From contig NW_003314302.1 in assembly GCF_000143415.4 (NCBI RefSeq), forward strand, positions 265,182-329,181: 64,000 nt of DNA, in the 5' to 3' direction. Made by a program: the position numbers and the translations under genes. The notes below the pieces were generated by a model. It was given only the letters and a program-made list of their open reading frames with translations. It was not told the origin of the DNA and ran no database searches. The stretch is from Selaginella moellendorffii (taxonomy: Eukaryota > Plantae > Lycopodiophyta). Below, in pieces: positions 37,877 through 51,612 of this stretch. The number at the start of each line of letters is the position of its first letter. Position 1 is the first letter of the stretch.

Positions 37877-39539
37877 GAATGAAACAAGAAAGAGTGGGTG
37901 TTGTTTAAAGAGCTCTTGTTACAGAGGCATTCAGAGGAAGACAGAAATCGATTATCATTTTTCTTCTTGAGTGGAAGATTGGTAAAAAAAATTAAGAAGG
38001 TTTCTTTGAGTAAATCACAGAAAGAACGTGCTGAAATGGTCAACAAACACGGCCATTGTGTAAGTGATATGATCGAAGTCCAAACCTCAATCATGTAGAA
38101 TTAAGAATTTTTGAAGATTTTCAGCATACATTGATTCAAATAAAGACAGGACTATAATGATATTTGCAAGCTTGCATGGGCCATCTCGGCCAGATCGAGA
38201 GGGCCAAGAAAACTAGCAGCTAGCAAAATACTGTTTTGATTGTTATACTTTTGTTATATTAAAAGCTAAATTGGAATAGTATAAAAATAAATAAATAATG
38301 TATTCCACTTTGAAAGAAAAATTAAGGGAATTATGCCCAAATACAAAAATCAATTCTTGTAAACTTGATAATATAAATATTTAGAATAAAATATATTCCT
38401 ATAAATATTCATTACTAAAGTATTAGATACAAATTATTATTTGGAAATATGAATATATTTGGAAAAATACCCGACCCAAAAAAAGTAAAAATGAAATTTC
38501 TATTATTAGTAAAATGTTAAATGTAAATTATATTTTTACTTGGGATAAACTTATATTATGATTTTATCAAACAGAAGAGAATAATTACTAAGAAAAATTA
38601 TTACTCATTTTTATTAGCAAGACATTACTTAATTATGCTTTTGACTTAGAATATAAAACAATAAGTTTACATTAATATATTACTACCCAAATCCAGTCAA
38701 GAAAATAATTACTAACAAAATCTTTTGTAAATATATATGCTATATAAACTCTAATTTCATAGTATTATGTACTAATAAACTATATTTACAGTTAGGAAAA
38801 AGATTTTAGAATATTACTGCTTAATCAATACTGCATAATCAAATACAGTTATTGCTGCAAGATCTCACTCCTTTGCTTTTGCAAGAGCACATGCCATAGC
38901 TCACAAAACCCTAAATCAAGGGAAAGAGATTCATATATGAACTTGAATAACAACCTGAAGGCATCAATAGTCAGGCTTGTTGTCATCCTAAACACTCTTC
39001 ACTAAACATTAGAACTTACCCTCTCAATTTCAGAGGGTGTCTATTGCAAAAGGTTGAGTGTTAATGCTGGTTAACACTTTGCATGTGACATATTGCCCAG
39101 CAAATGCTAGATACATCGCCGGGGCCGGGGCCATCTTGCCGCTGGTGGATCTCATCACATCCAAAGAGAAGAAGCAGTACAAAAATCAATAATTTTATAT
39201 AATTTTTTCCTTCTGATATCTCTACAAACATAGATCATATATTTAGAATATTAATATACCCAAAGTAAGAAAAAAAAGAATTATTAGATAAAATATTATT
39301 GATAAAGATAATATATGCAAAGTACTACTTGGGAATATGAATATATTTAGAATATTAAAATTTTAAGAAACTTAATACCCAATCCAGAGAAAAGTAAAAT
39401 AAAAATTGCTAAGAATAATTTTTTAATAGTTATTATATTATAAATATATTTATTACACTCCCAGAAAATAAAGAAAATAAAGAATTAGTAAAAAATAATT
39501 GTTTTTACTTGGGATACAAACAACTTTAGAATCTCTGCA

Positions 39540-40790
39540 AGTAATTGCTACAACACAAAAACCTCAAACATCCAACAAATAAAAGACCAAATTACTCATT
39601 GTTTGCATCTCAATGTTATCTTCAGCTAGAAGTATAAGCTGCTTGAGTTCTCTTACAAATGCTTGGATGTCTTTGAGTTTCTTGTCTGTCTCATAAACTA
39701 CAGCTCAAGCCAATCTCTTTTGCAAGGTGTGAACTTCTTTGGCAAGTTCATCCACTTGTTTTGCATAGAGAAGTTTCTCTTCTATCTTCACCAGATCCTG
39801 CTCGAGCACATTAGAAGATTTCTTGTCCTTTTGAAGGCAATCACGACAAACTTGAATAGTTTTCACATTCATATCCAGCAATTTCAAGACTTTCTCCAAA
39901 AGTGTTGCCTTGAAGTAAAACTATAGCATAAGCATATGTCAGACCACCTTCAACTTGGAAACAAAAGCTGATGTTACCTTGAATTTCTCTTTCTCGCTAC
40001 CAGGACTCAAAAAATCTTGACTTATGTCTTGAGACATAATCACATACCGGTTTTCTGCGTCAATCTACAAAAAAAAGGTGACAGTAAGAAAGTAGAAAAT
40101 TTTAAAAATACAATCTTAGCTTACACTAAGATGGTTGATCATATCGCACAAGTCCTGCTTGTTTTGAAGAAATTTTTTCACCTAGAATACACAATATGAA
40201 AGAAGTAAATCCCTCGCACAATAGAAAACCAACCTTAGTAATTTTTCAAGACAATAATATTTCAGTAGTGATTCTCTGCTGAATCACTATTGTCTTGCTA
40301 TATAGATTTGGCTTATAAGCATCTGACCCATCATTTTTTAACTCTACCACCACCAAAGTAGACCTAGAATTGAAACAATGCTAGAAGAAAGTGCAAACAA
40401 ATCGATTAGATCTTGACACAAACCGTATTAGGATGTGGCTTGTTCTAGCAGCATTGACATAGTGCCTCAGATTTAGATTGCGAATCGGCAGCAGCAGCAA
40501 AGGCTCTCTCACCATTTCATAAACCCTAAAAAAACATTATAAACAAAACCAATTCATTTGATAGACCATGGGCACAGTCATGGTCAACATATTTGCATGT
40601 GACATGCGTTGTTGTGCCTTCCTCTCCCACCTCATGCAGTTTAGCTGCCTCCCATTGGCCAGGAGCAAACATCAGCATGATTATTCATAATCACATGGTT
40701 AAAGAAATGACCCCTTTATAGTTATCCCCCCATCAGACGGCTGCAATTGGCTGGATCTGGCAGCCTAGAAAGTTTGGCAACTCCTTAGAG
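39540..40790 (-). pseudogene. Decayed multi-exon gene of unknown family with a coiled-coil-like exon
   Basis: ORF 39705-39899 is charged and helical-looking, splice-like junctions are present, and a block of about 210 bp is shared with 49193-49407. Confidence 0.3.
40575..40785. repeat. Dispersed direct repeat of about 210 bp, copy 1 (copy 2 at 49193-49407; partial copies near 48101 and 39068)
   Basis: cagtca.ggtcaaca.atttgcatgtgacatg...cacatggttaaagaaat.acccctt...gaaagtttggcaactcct is shared. Confidence 0.85.
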
Positions 40791-41383
40791 AAAGTAATCA
40801 AATTCCATATGCCAGGGTCTAAAATGCTATATAATTTGTGCTTAGCTAAAAAATCCCATTATAAACCCATAACAAAAAAAAACATTCTAAAATTGAGTAG
40901 TACCTCATGGGGTACTTGGCTGGAAGTCTGTGTTTGAATGCCTAGATTTGGCCATAGAGAAGGTTTAAGAAGCAAAAAAGCTAGGTGCTACTTGCTAAAA
41001 TAGCAAAAGGATTTTGAAAATGTAATGGCTGTTTAAAGTCTTCTTGCACACCTATTCCTCAAGTTATAAAGCACTATATTGGAATAAACTAAGCACCTAA
41101 AGCACTAAGTTGTGTAGGGCACTCAAATCTTGGAAAAGAAAGTGATTAGATTTTACCTTATCAAGATAAACACAAACTTAGTTCACTACTCTCTCCACCT
41201 ATGTCTACATCACCTAAAACTTGTTGCTATTACAAAGAGACACTATCTAGCGATAATTGGTAATTGTAGTCAACATGGTCTTGAGACCCCACATTAAAAT
41301 CGCTAACTACAACTGCTATTAGAGAAAGAGATCCTAAATGAAGCAATTGAGTAACTTTGGGTTAATCACAACTATTAGCCTAA

Positions 41384-44300
41384 TGTAAGGAATCAACTCC
41401 CCGAGGTGTCAAAGGCTAAAGGACCCCCGAAAGCATGAAACCTAAAGTGTGTGTCTCCCAAGGGGGGGGGGGGGGGGTAGCGGGTTCCAAAAGTATAGTA
41501 GGGATAATGAGGTCTAGGAACCAGTCTTGAAGGAACTCTCTAGTGGGGCTTCCAAACTAACTTGAGGTTGAGATTGGGGCCGATGGGCCTTGGGTGGGAG
41601 TGAGCATGGACTCAGATGGTGCCAAAGGGGCCACCTAAGGAAGTGCTCAAGAGTAGCTCCCACTCCTAAAAGGGAAATCGATTTTAGTGCTCCCATCTTA
41701 TATAGAGTTGTGCCCCACTTAAGTACCTTGTGGCTTATTGATCCTTGCCCTTCTTAAGGGTTTATGCCTTCCTTTCGGGATGGAAGTGGGGGAGTAGAGA
41801 TATTTATAATGGGCCATTTTTGCACCTAAGGCTTGGGATTTAGAGGGTCCCATAATCAAGTCTTGTTCCAAATAGGAGTTTGATGGTAAAGTTTGATCGT
41901 TCAAAGCTTGATTGGACGTTCTAGAAGAACAATTAGCTCAAACCAATGCCCTGTTGGAGACTCTCATATGCAAGCTAAAGTGTGACGAGAAACGAAAGAA
42001 AAAGCAAAAGACTGCAAATGTTGGTAGTGCAAAAGGTGTAGATGTATTGGCGGGGATTGAGGCAGAACCAAACAAAATTGAACAAACAGAAGTGAAATTA
42101 ATCCCTCAAGCAATTTCCAAGTACAAACCAAAATCCCCACCAATCTTCAAGGGAGTGAATGACTATAAGGTGGTGGACAATTGGTTTTACAATATGGAGG
42201 ATTACTTCCGAACGTTACGGTTACCGAGCTCAAAGAAAGTCCCATGTGCAAAACCATACTTGGTAGATAATGCCAAGTCTTGGTGGAGAATAATAGAGGC
42301 TAACAAAGGACTGGTGGCCACTTGGGAAATGATGAAAGCTAGGATCTGTGTGATTTACGTCCCTTCGAATGCTACTCTACACCTAAGGAATGAGTTAAGT
42401 AGGCTAAAGCAGACTGAAACCATTCAAGAGTATATGAATGGGTTTATGGTAAAGAAGATACTTGTTATGGATATGGGTGATATGGATGCATTCTATGCCT
42501 TCATATTAGGCTTACAAACCTAGGTTCGAAGCGAGGTGATACGTTGGAACCTAACCAACTATAAGAAAGCGTTAGATGCAGCTATCAAGGTGCATTTCAA
42601 TGATAACCTGCGAAAGGGGAACACAATGGGGTCGGGGTCCACATTTAGCAAAGGGGCCAAACCAAGGGGGACATATGGTAAAGGGAAATTCAAGAAAAGT
42701 TTCTCTAAGAATGAATTGGGGTTCTGAAAAGGCAGATTAGATGGCCAACGAGCAAATACGTGGGGGAGTCAAGCAAAAAGAGACAAACCCATGAATAAGA
42801 AAGTTAAGTCTACTAGTAGCATGGGAAACAACATATGCTTCAATTGCAGTAAAGCGAGACACTTTTCGAGGGAATGTCCATACTCGAAGAAGGCCAGATG
42901 TAATATGGCTATTAAGTCGGGTGAAATCTAAATTAAAGTACATGATCCAGTCCTTAGCTCAAAGTTCCTCATTACATGAGCAACTTTGGTAGAGAGTCAT
43001 TCACAACATCTACTAGCCCTCCGAGGGAAGCTTGAAGATAGCTTTATTAACATCTTTATTGACATGGGTGCTTCGGATAATTTTGTGGCTGTAAATATAG
43101 TCTGGCAAGCTAGACTAACGGTGCAACAGTTAGGTGAACTAGGACTATAAAGCTTGTTCAAGGTAGCTAAAGCACCGATGAGGTATTTCGACAAACAAGA
43201 GTCGAAGTAGGGATATGGAAAGTAGATATGGATTTCACCGTGTTAGACATGGCGGGATTTGACGTAATCTTCAGGATGGATTGGTTCAATCAGTTTGTGG
43301 TAGCCCTACATGGACAAAGTAGGAACCTTGTGGTACTGGCAAATGTCTGAGGAGAACAATCTAGGGTGGAGGCCCAGGATATAAAGGTAGGGTAATGTAA
43401 AGCCAAAGACTCTTACTTGAACCTGGTGTCCACAAGATAACAACTCACTAAAGAAACCAATGTAGCAATTTTGTGTTTACTCTCGATGAGGAGTGATAAA
43501 AAGATGGGAGAAAAAGAAATGCTTTTAGTGATCTAACGGGTGTTGGACCAATTCTAAGATACCATGCCAAAGGAGCTATTGGTGAGGTTACCCCCCAAAC
43601 GATCAATAAAACATAAAATTGAGCTGGTTGAGGGTGTTAAGGTGGTGGTTCGTCCCCCCTATTTGTCGAATGAAAAGAAACTCGAGGAGCTCAAATGCCA
43701 ACTTAGAGAGTTAGTGGAAAAAGGGTATGTTAGGTTGAGCATGTCACCGTATGGTGCACTAGTGTTATATGTGAAAAAGAAAGATGGATCTATGTGCATG
43801 TGCATAGACTATCGGTTGCTCAACAAATATATAAAGAAGAACAAGTACCCTTTACCAAGGATTGAGGACCTGTTCGATAGATTGGGAAAGGCAAAATACT
43901 TCTCGGGGATCGGCCTAAGGTTAGAATACTACAAGATCAGGGTAGCAAAGGAAAATGTTGAGAAGACAACCAATCAGACAAGGTATGGAAGCTTCGAGTT
44001 TCTAGTGATGCCCTTTGGGCTATGCAATGCACCAACAATATTCTCGGTATTGATGAACTATATTTTTGTACCCTATCTGGATCATTTTGTGGTTGTCTAC
44101 ATTGACGACATCTTGATCTATAGCGAGATTCTAGAGGAGCATGATAAACACTCGACGAAGGTGTTTGAGAAACTAAGGGAACACCAACTATATGCTAAAG
44201 AGAGCAAATATGACTTTGCTCAACAAAGGTAAAGTTTCTTGGGCATGTGATGGGAAGGATAGGCTCAAAGGAGGACCTAAGAGGTCCAAGTGATCCAGAA

Positions 44301-47300
44301 ATGGGAATGACGATTGAATGTACACGAGTTAAGAGCATTCTTGGGGCTATGCAACTACTATCGAAAGTTTATCAAACACTATTCGAGAGTAACCCTACCT
44401 TTAATAGACCAAACGGGAAAAGGGAAGATGGTATGGACAGTAGAATGCAAGACGACATTTATCCACCTTAAAGGGAAGTTGAGGAAGGCTCCCATGTTGG
44501 GGTTACCAGACTTTAGTAAAGACTTTGAGGTAGAAATGGATGCTTTAAACTTTGCATTAAGTGTAGTGTTAAAGCAAGACAACCATCTAGTAGTGTTCTT
44601 CTCGAAGAAGTTAGATAAGGCTTAGCAAAAGTGGCCTACCTATGAGAAGGAATTGTTTGCGATGGTCAAGGTGCTCAAGGAGTGGCAACATTACTTTAGG
44701 AGACACTTCAAAGTTTACACGGATAATGTATCAATGAAACAATTCTTGTCACAGCCCGACCTGAGAGGGAAATAGGGTCGGTGGGCCAATGTTTTGGCCG
44801 AGTTTGATCATGAAATTATGTATAAATCTAGGAAGAGCAACATCGTGGTAGATGCTCTTAGTAAAAAAACAAGCTTGAAGTTGGCAATATCTAGTGTGAC
44901 AGCAACCTTTTGGGATAATGTGAGGACAGCGTATGAGAACGATAGTCTAGTACAAAAAGTGTTGCTGAGAAACCAAGAGCTGTGGGAAGCCCACCAGAGA
45001 GGTGAGCTACTAATGGAAGAGAAAACAAGCTATGCAGAATGCAATGGACTCATCTATTATAAACAAATAAGAGTGTATGTTCCAGAAGGGGAACTAAGGA
45101 AAGTAGCTTTAGAAGAGTGTCATGACGAACCTTTTACAAGACATGGCAGAGTGCCCAAGACAATGGGCTTATTCAAGAAGAAGTATCACTGGCCAAATAT
45201 GGCTAAAGATGTCCAAGATTATGTAAAGACATATCTAACATATCAGCAAGTCAAAGCCATAACTAAGGCTAGTGGGGGCTTGTTACAAAGCATCCCAATT
45301 CCAGATCGTCTGTAGAAATGTCTTACAATGGACTTCATCACGGGACTCCCCCCAAGTGAAGGGTTTGATGCGATATTTGTAGTGGTGGACCAAGTTTCAA
45401 AGATAGCACATTTCATATCCACCACAATAAAAATGGACGCAAAAGGTGTGGCAAAGCTGTTCTTTGATCAAATGATTTGAGTGTGGGGAAGGTCAAAAGA
45501 GATTATCACAGATTGAGATAAGATCTTCATTAGTAGGTTCTAGAGAACTCCCCTGGAATAGTATTGCACCAAGTTGAAATTCAGCACAGCTTATCACACA
45601 CAAACAGATATTAGGTATTAAGTCAAGTTTGATGGCACTAACACTTTTTGACAGGCAGACAAACAGAAAGGGTGAATGGGCAGCTAGAAGATTATTTACG
45701 ATACTATGTCTCTGAAGACCAAACTGATTGGGTAAGTCATTTGGGACTTGTGGAAATGTGCTATAACAACTCACCACACTCAAATATTGGGGTGAGTCTA
45801 TGGGAAGTCATCAATGGGTGAGTTATTGAAGGTTTTGTGGAACTCGGCATGGCCGAGTATCATGGAGAGTTATTTGTAGTGGAGGCATTCACAGTGGAAA
45901 GACTCAACATTTAAAATTTAGTGAGGGATTCTTTGGAACGGGCTCAATAAAGGCAAACCAAGTATGCAAACCAGAAGTGCTAGGATGTAGAGTTCTAACT
46001 TGGGGAGAAGGTGTGGCTGAATACCAAGAATTTAAGGCTACCAAGTAGGATCAACCGAAAGTTGACCCAAAGGTAAAAATGCATGTATTTTTGGAAATAA
46101 ACTGATCCTGAGTTCCTTAAATAGTTTCGTAGGGCCTTACAAGATTGAGAAATGAATTGGTAAGATGGTTTACCACCTTTGACTTCCTTGAGAGATGGGG
46201 AAGATGCACCATATATTCCATGTAAACTTACTCAAACCATACTTTGAGGATCCACTTCACAAGGACCAAGTAAGACATTTACCTGATGTTATCCAAGGGG
46301 AAGAGGAATACGAAGTCGAGGCCATCCTTAATGTGCGCAAGAGCAAGCGGCAAGGATGCGAGGTGAGGGAGTTCCATGTGAAGTGGAAAGGATTTCCACA
46401 CTGCAAAGCAACATAGGAACCAGAGGAGAACCTAGCAAATGCTCGGGATATAATAGAGGAATTTTTGCAAGGCAGAACTCTATGTACTTATGCAAAGTTC
46501 AATTAAAAAATCTATTTTGATAAATTGAGCAATATCATATATTGGGACCTAAAGGTGTGCCAAAGGTAAGTTAATTAGCATGGGTTAGCTAGGTCGAGTA
46601 GGTGTAGGGAACTACACCTGACTCCCCGCGGGGATGTTAAATCTGTAAATGTATTCCACGGAGGTTGAGTTTAAGTCCTAACCCTCTAGTAAAGCAAGGC
46701 TAGGTTCAAATCCTAACCCCATACTAGGGCATGGTGAGGGGAGGGGTATAGGGACACCTATATTCCATTGTCATGGGCTCTTGGCCAAGGAGGCTAACTT
46801 AAGCACATTGCTAAGTGGGGGGATGCCCTTGGAGACATGGTCAATAAGTCATAGGATTAAACAAGAGGCATTCGATGTAGACATCAAACTTCTTCTATTG
46901 GTGGTGGAGTTGTAAAGAATCAACTCCCTGAAGTGTTGAAGGTTAAAGGATCCCTAAAAGCACAACCAAAATGATAGAGTTCATTGGATGAGACCAAGTC
47001 TGAGATCGAGTCCAAGACTGACTCTAAGACCAGAGTTCGAGACCGAGTCCGGGATCAAGTTCGAGACTGACTTCAAGACCGAGTTCGAGACTGAGTTTGA
47101 GACCGAGTTCAAAACTGAGTCCGAGATCTGAGATCAAGTCTAAGGCTGAGTTCGAGATCGAGTTTGAGACATAGTCTGACGTTGGGTCCGAGATTGAGTC
47201 TGAGATCAAATCCAAGACCTAATCTGAATAGTAATACAGATCATGGGGTGAAAGCCCAAAGTGTGTGTCTCCCAAGGGGGGGGGGGGGTTCCAAAAGTAT

Positions 47301-47711
47301 AATAGGGATAGTGAAGTCTAAAAACTAGTTTTGAAAGAATTCTTTAGTAGGGCTTCCAAACTAACTTGAGGTTGAGATTAGGGTTGAAGGGCCTTGGGTG
47401 GGAGTGAGCATGGACTCAGGTGGTGCTAGAGGGGCCACCCAAGAAAGTGCTTAAGAGCAACTCCCACTCCCAGAAGGGAAACTAACTATAGTGTTCCCAG
47501 GTTATGTGGAGTGGTGCTTCATTTGAGTACCTTGTGGTTCATTAGTCCTTGCCCTTCCTAAGGGCTTGGGCCTTCCCTTTGGAATGAAAGTGGGGGAGTA
47601 GAGATACCCATACTAGGTCGTTAGGCCATAGTGTTTCCCACTAGTGTCCCGAAGCTAGTGTTGCATACAAGGTTTAGGATTTAGAGGGTCCCATGATCAA
47701 GTTATGTTGTA
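41384..47711 (+). mobile_element. Full-length degenerate Ty3/Gypsy chromovirus
   Basis: LTRs at 41384-41870 and 46911-47711, with CTAA on both flanks. Gag from 41912, protease IDMGASDNFV (~43060), RT ([16 protein letters not shown]), RNase H, integrase, chromodomain EYEVEAIL..FHVKWKGFP (~46305-46470), PPT ggtggtggagt. Confidence 0.95.
46989..47225. repeat. Minisatellite with 12-bp (6-bp sub-) period, consensus about GAGACCGAGTTC, in the 3' LTR only
   Basis: Repeated gagaccgagttc / gagatcgagtcc / aagactgagttc variants. Confidence 0.85.
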
Positions 47712-49192
47712 CTAAGGGATGTTAGGAACCTGGAGGCTTAGTGTGCTTGGCTGCTTGTGCATGCGGAGAGTGTAGCCAAACTTTAAGTCCAGTCTAACTC
47801 AGGGAGGGGGATTATGAGAGATTTAGGAATCCATGGATGGATAGCTAATGCTTTGTTACTCGTGCAATGAATAATTGAAATTAAGTAGGACCAAATAGGA
47901 GCTAGTACAGTAGGCGAGAACCTTGGTGAGGGAACTTAGCTAAGGCTAAAGCAGTGTTGGCTGCATAGACGAGGTAGGCTGATAAATTGGAAAGGAAAGA
48001 ATTGTGGCTTATATCTAAAATCTTGCTTAATTTTTGCCATATCATTGGGCACATGCAAAATTCACAATAGCTTTTTTGCTCGACAGGACAGATGATAGGT
48101 GTAGTCATGGTCAACACTTTGCATGCAGCACATGTCACAACACCTTCCTCTCTTGCCCATGCAATTTGGCTACCTCGCAATGCAGCAAACATCAACACTC
48201 CCTCCATCAGAAACCCATTCTTTGGTTGGACACGCTATCCTAGCTCACTTGCTTACACTGCAAGTCCAAGAGTGGTGGGACTGGGAAGTGCCCCTCACCT
48301 TTCTTCTGTGAGACACAACTCTTGCGACTCACTGCACAATCGTTGAATTTGTCCACCACTTTGTTCCCAAAAATATCCTTACATTTTATCTGAAACTATT
48401 TGTGAATTGATCGATCTAAAAGAAGTTTTACACAAAATGTTGAGACTTACCTAGCACTTGGTCTTGTTAGGTCAATCGTTACAAGTTTGCAAGCACAAAG
48501 GATGCAATGCATCAAGTGAGCTCCAATCTAGAGAGAGAAAAAAACACTCGTCTTTTTTGAAGGACAAAAGAGAAGAATAAAATTACCAGCATTCTTTCAG
48601 AAGACAAGAGCATGTCTTGAGAGCATTGGCCTCAAATGTAGGAGTTCCAAGCAAAATTGCACCAACAAAAACCACAGCTATATGTGTTCTCCAGTTCAAA
48701 TGTTTTCCCTCTTCCCAATGGATTTCTTGATGATCACATTGCTTCCTGAAAAGCTCCTTGCGATCCTAGGAGACAATCTTGAGAAGTATAACCTGGTTAT
48801 AGTTTTTCTTTCTACAGCCCTCTTGCTCGAGAAATGCTGCTGCTGGGCAAGCCTAGTACCTAGGAGGAGTGCAAAATGCCCTTGCATTCATTGCCAAAAC
48901 AGATTAAAAAAAAAGAGAGAAAGATACCTGGTCACCACATCTAGAACTCTTCCAAACTAGCACACTATCACAAAATCTAGCATCTGCTCAAAGATCTTAA
49001 ACATCTCTATGTCAAAGATCTTGTTGCCATGGTTGATGAACACCATGTTCCAATTGAGCAGCGCATCTGGATGTTGCAACACCTTGCTCCACTGCCAGGA
49101 GGATGATCAATCTTACTCTAGTCGCCAGATCTTCCTTGTGGCCTTGGGCTGCTGCTGTTGCTTAAGCAATCTTGATGCCCAGATGACGGGTG

Positions 49193-49407
49193 CAGTCACG
49201 GTCAACACATTTGCATGTGACATGTGCTGCAATGCCTCCTCTTCTGCCCCACATAGCTTGGCCGCTTCCCATTGGCTGGGAGCAAACATAGCGCATTAAT
49301 ATAAACACATGGTTAAAGAAATAACCCCTTTACAGTTACCCCCCCCCCCCCGCATCGGACGGTTGTGATTGGCTAGATCTGGCAACCCAGAAAGTTTGGC
49401 AACTCCT
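49193..49407. repeat. Dispersed direct repeat of about 210 bp, copy 2
   Basis: Colinear with 40575-40785. Confidence 0.85.
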
Positions 49408-49949
49408 CCTTATTGTGATAGATTACTCATAAAATTTTATATTTCTCAATCTATGGAGAAAATATTTGGATGATTTTCTTGAAGGGAAGAATGTAAGCCT
49501 TAATTTTCTTGAGTTTTCCTTGAGTTTGCCTTGGTTTTAGACTGAGTCAACAATGTGTAATGATCATTGTATAGAAGAAAAAAAGTTAAGATTGCACATT
49601 TTGGAATTATTGTAATTTGTGAAAAATATAAATTATCATATGGTCATATTGGTAATTTTCCATTTCTAAAATTTTAGCAAATTTCTGAACAAAACATAAA
49701 TTAGTGAATATAGTGACTAAGGCACTAGGAATCCTCACCTACAACCTGTACAATATTGATACTACTATGTGATTAGTCAACTTACAATATTTGAGCATAG
49801 TATAAGGTTAGAAATATTCCTATTTATGCTCTTAGTTATATATAGAGTATTAAGTTTATATATAGAGTAGCTCCATCAAACCACTTGGACCAAATGCAAA
49901 GGTTGAGTGGCATAGATGCCATTCACAAAGCTAGCATGTCCAAAAAAGA

Positions 49950-50185
49950 AGGCTGATGATGTCTCCAAATCCAAGGACAAAACTTTAACTCACATCATTT
50001 AAGAGATACAATTGACTTCCCTTATCTTGCATTTTTAGACTTATATTTTTAGCCTAAAGTTTTGCATCTGAATTCTAGTATTCCTGACCTACACTTTTAA
50101 CAGTTTGATTGAATTCAAAGGTTTATATAAAGAGTCTAGCTTTTATGCTAAAGTTAGTCATGCTAACTTTGCCATCACTATTGGT
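49950..50185. repeat. Dispersed repeat; inverted copy at about 62950-63142
   Basis: tgtctc.aaatccaagga.aaaacttta.ctcaca and tataaagagtctagcttttat.ctaa..tagtcatgctaacttt match the reverse complement of 62950-63142. Confidence 0.8.
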
Positions 50186-51089
50186 GAAGATAGCATATGC
50201 TATCTTCGGATGGCACACCCCTTACCCCTTGGATGACTAAGTCCAAAGTTTGTGTTTAATTAATTGCCTGACTTGTTAACATGCCTATTATGAGTATGGA
50301 TTGTCCCCTTAGCCTCTGTTTTGAGGTTAAGCATGAAAGTATAACCTACTAGATTATCTGATATAAAAGTCCATCTTCATTTATATAAATTTCCTAAAAT
50401 AGTATTAATCAAAATAGTCTTTATGCAAAATGAATAAAAAGGCTAACTCTTACACAACACAATTATCTTACTCCCTCTTTTTGAGGAACTTATCTTGATC
50501 CATAAATACCAAAATGGGAAATAAAAAATCCATAGGACTACAAGAGCCATCTGCATCACTCACAAGAAATATGCATGAGCAATAGTAGAATTGTGAAATT
50601 TCAACAAAAGGCTACACAAACACCAAGAGGAGAAGCAATACAAGTGCAAATAAGAACAATGTTTATACCAATACTACCAAGTTTTTTTGCATTAGGTTCC
50701 TGAGTCTCTAGAGCACTTTACATTCTTGATTTCAATTCAACTCTTTTTCACAATTCTCCAATTCTTATTGTTATCACTTCCTCAAATAGCAATTTAAATA
50801 ACTTTACACCACAAGCTAGATTTTGCTTAAGCTTCCATGCAGCATTCTTTTCTTTTAAATATTTTAGATTGGGAGTCAAGAATAGATTCTCAGGATAAGA
50901 TGCTTAGATAATTATGAAATAAAAACTTTTAGTGACATCTAAATTTAAAGTCATCTCAACCTAAAAATCTAACAAATGTGATATGACCCTTGTAATAATT
51001 AATGCAATAGTAACTCCATCAACAAAATCAGAAAAGCACACATAGTTAACAAGAAAATCATAAATTTTAATTTTTTTTCTAGTGAGGAA

Positions 51090-51280
51090 CTATTTCTATA
51101 TTGAATTTACCAATCTTTCTATTATATAAACCAATTATTCCATGTCTAAATATATTAATCTTCCATATTAAATATACCAATCCTTTCATTATATAGACTA
51201 TCTATGCCACATTGAATCTATCAATTCTTTTATTATATAGAGTAGGTAATTCATATCTAAATCTACTAATCCCCTTTTTT

Positions 51281-51361
<81 letters not shown>

Positions 51362-51612
51362 TCTAGTTTTAGAAGTAGGAATATACTTTGCTCAAGATTA
51401 TATTATAATTCAAGTAATTACTAATTAATATGAATTGAACCCATGCCATTTGCTTTGATAACACACCTTACCTCTCTCCTTTTGAACCAATTAGAGAAAG
51501 GGTAATTATTTAATGAAAAATATATTAGTGACTAATTTTGTCATATATGTCTCCCAAGGTTTTTAAGGATCTAGAGTGATCATATATCCAAATTTAATCC
51601 CATGATCATATA
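51090..51612 (-). mobile_element. Decayed partial second copy of the TRIM family
   Basis: Matches the TRIM internal region (ttgaat.taccaatc.ttctatt; gtaggaatatac; gaacccatgccatttgct) and one LTR (atatccaaat..atcccatgatca). Confidence 0.7.
51286..51358. repeat. (TA)n microsatellite, about 36 units
   Basis: Pure TA run. Confidence 0.98.

Noticed and set aside
47024-47215. Ser/Asp/Leu-rich ORF
   Set aside because: It is a translation of the LTR minisatellite.
51212-51424. ORF containing (IY)n
   Set aside because: It is produced by the TA microsatellite.
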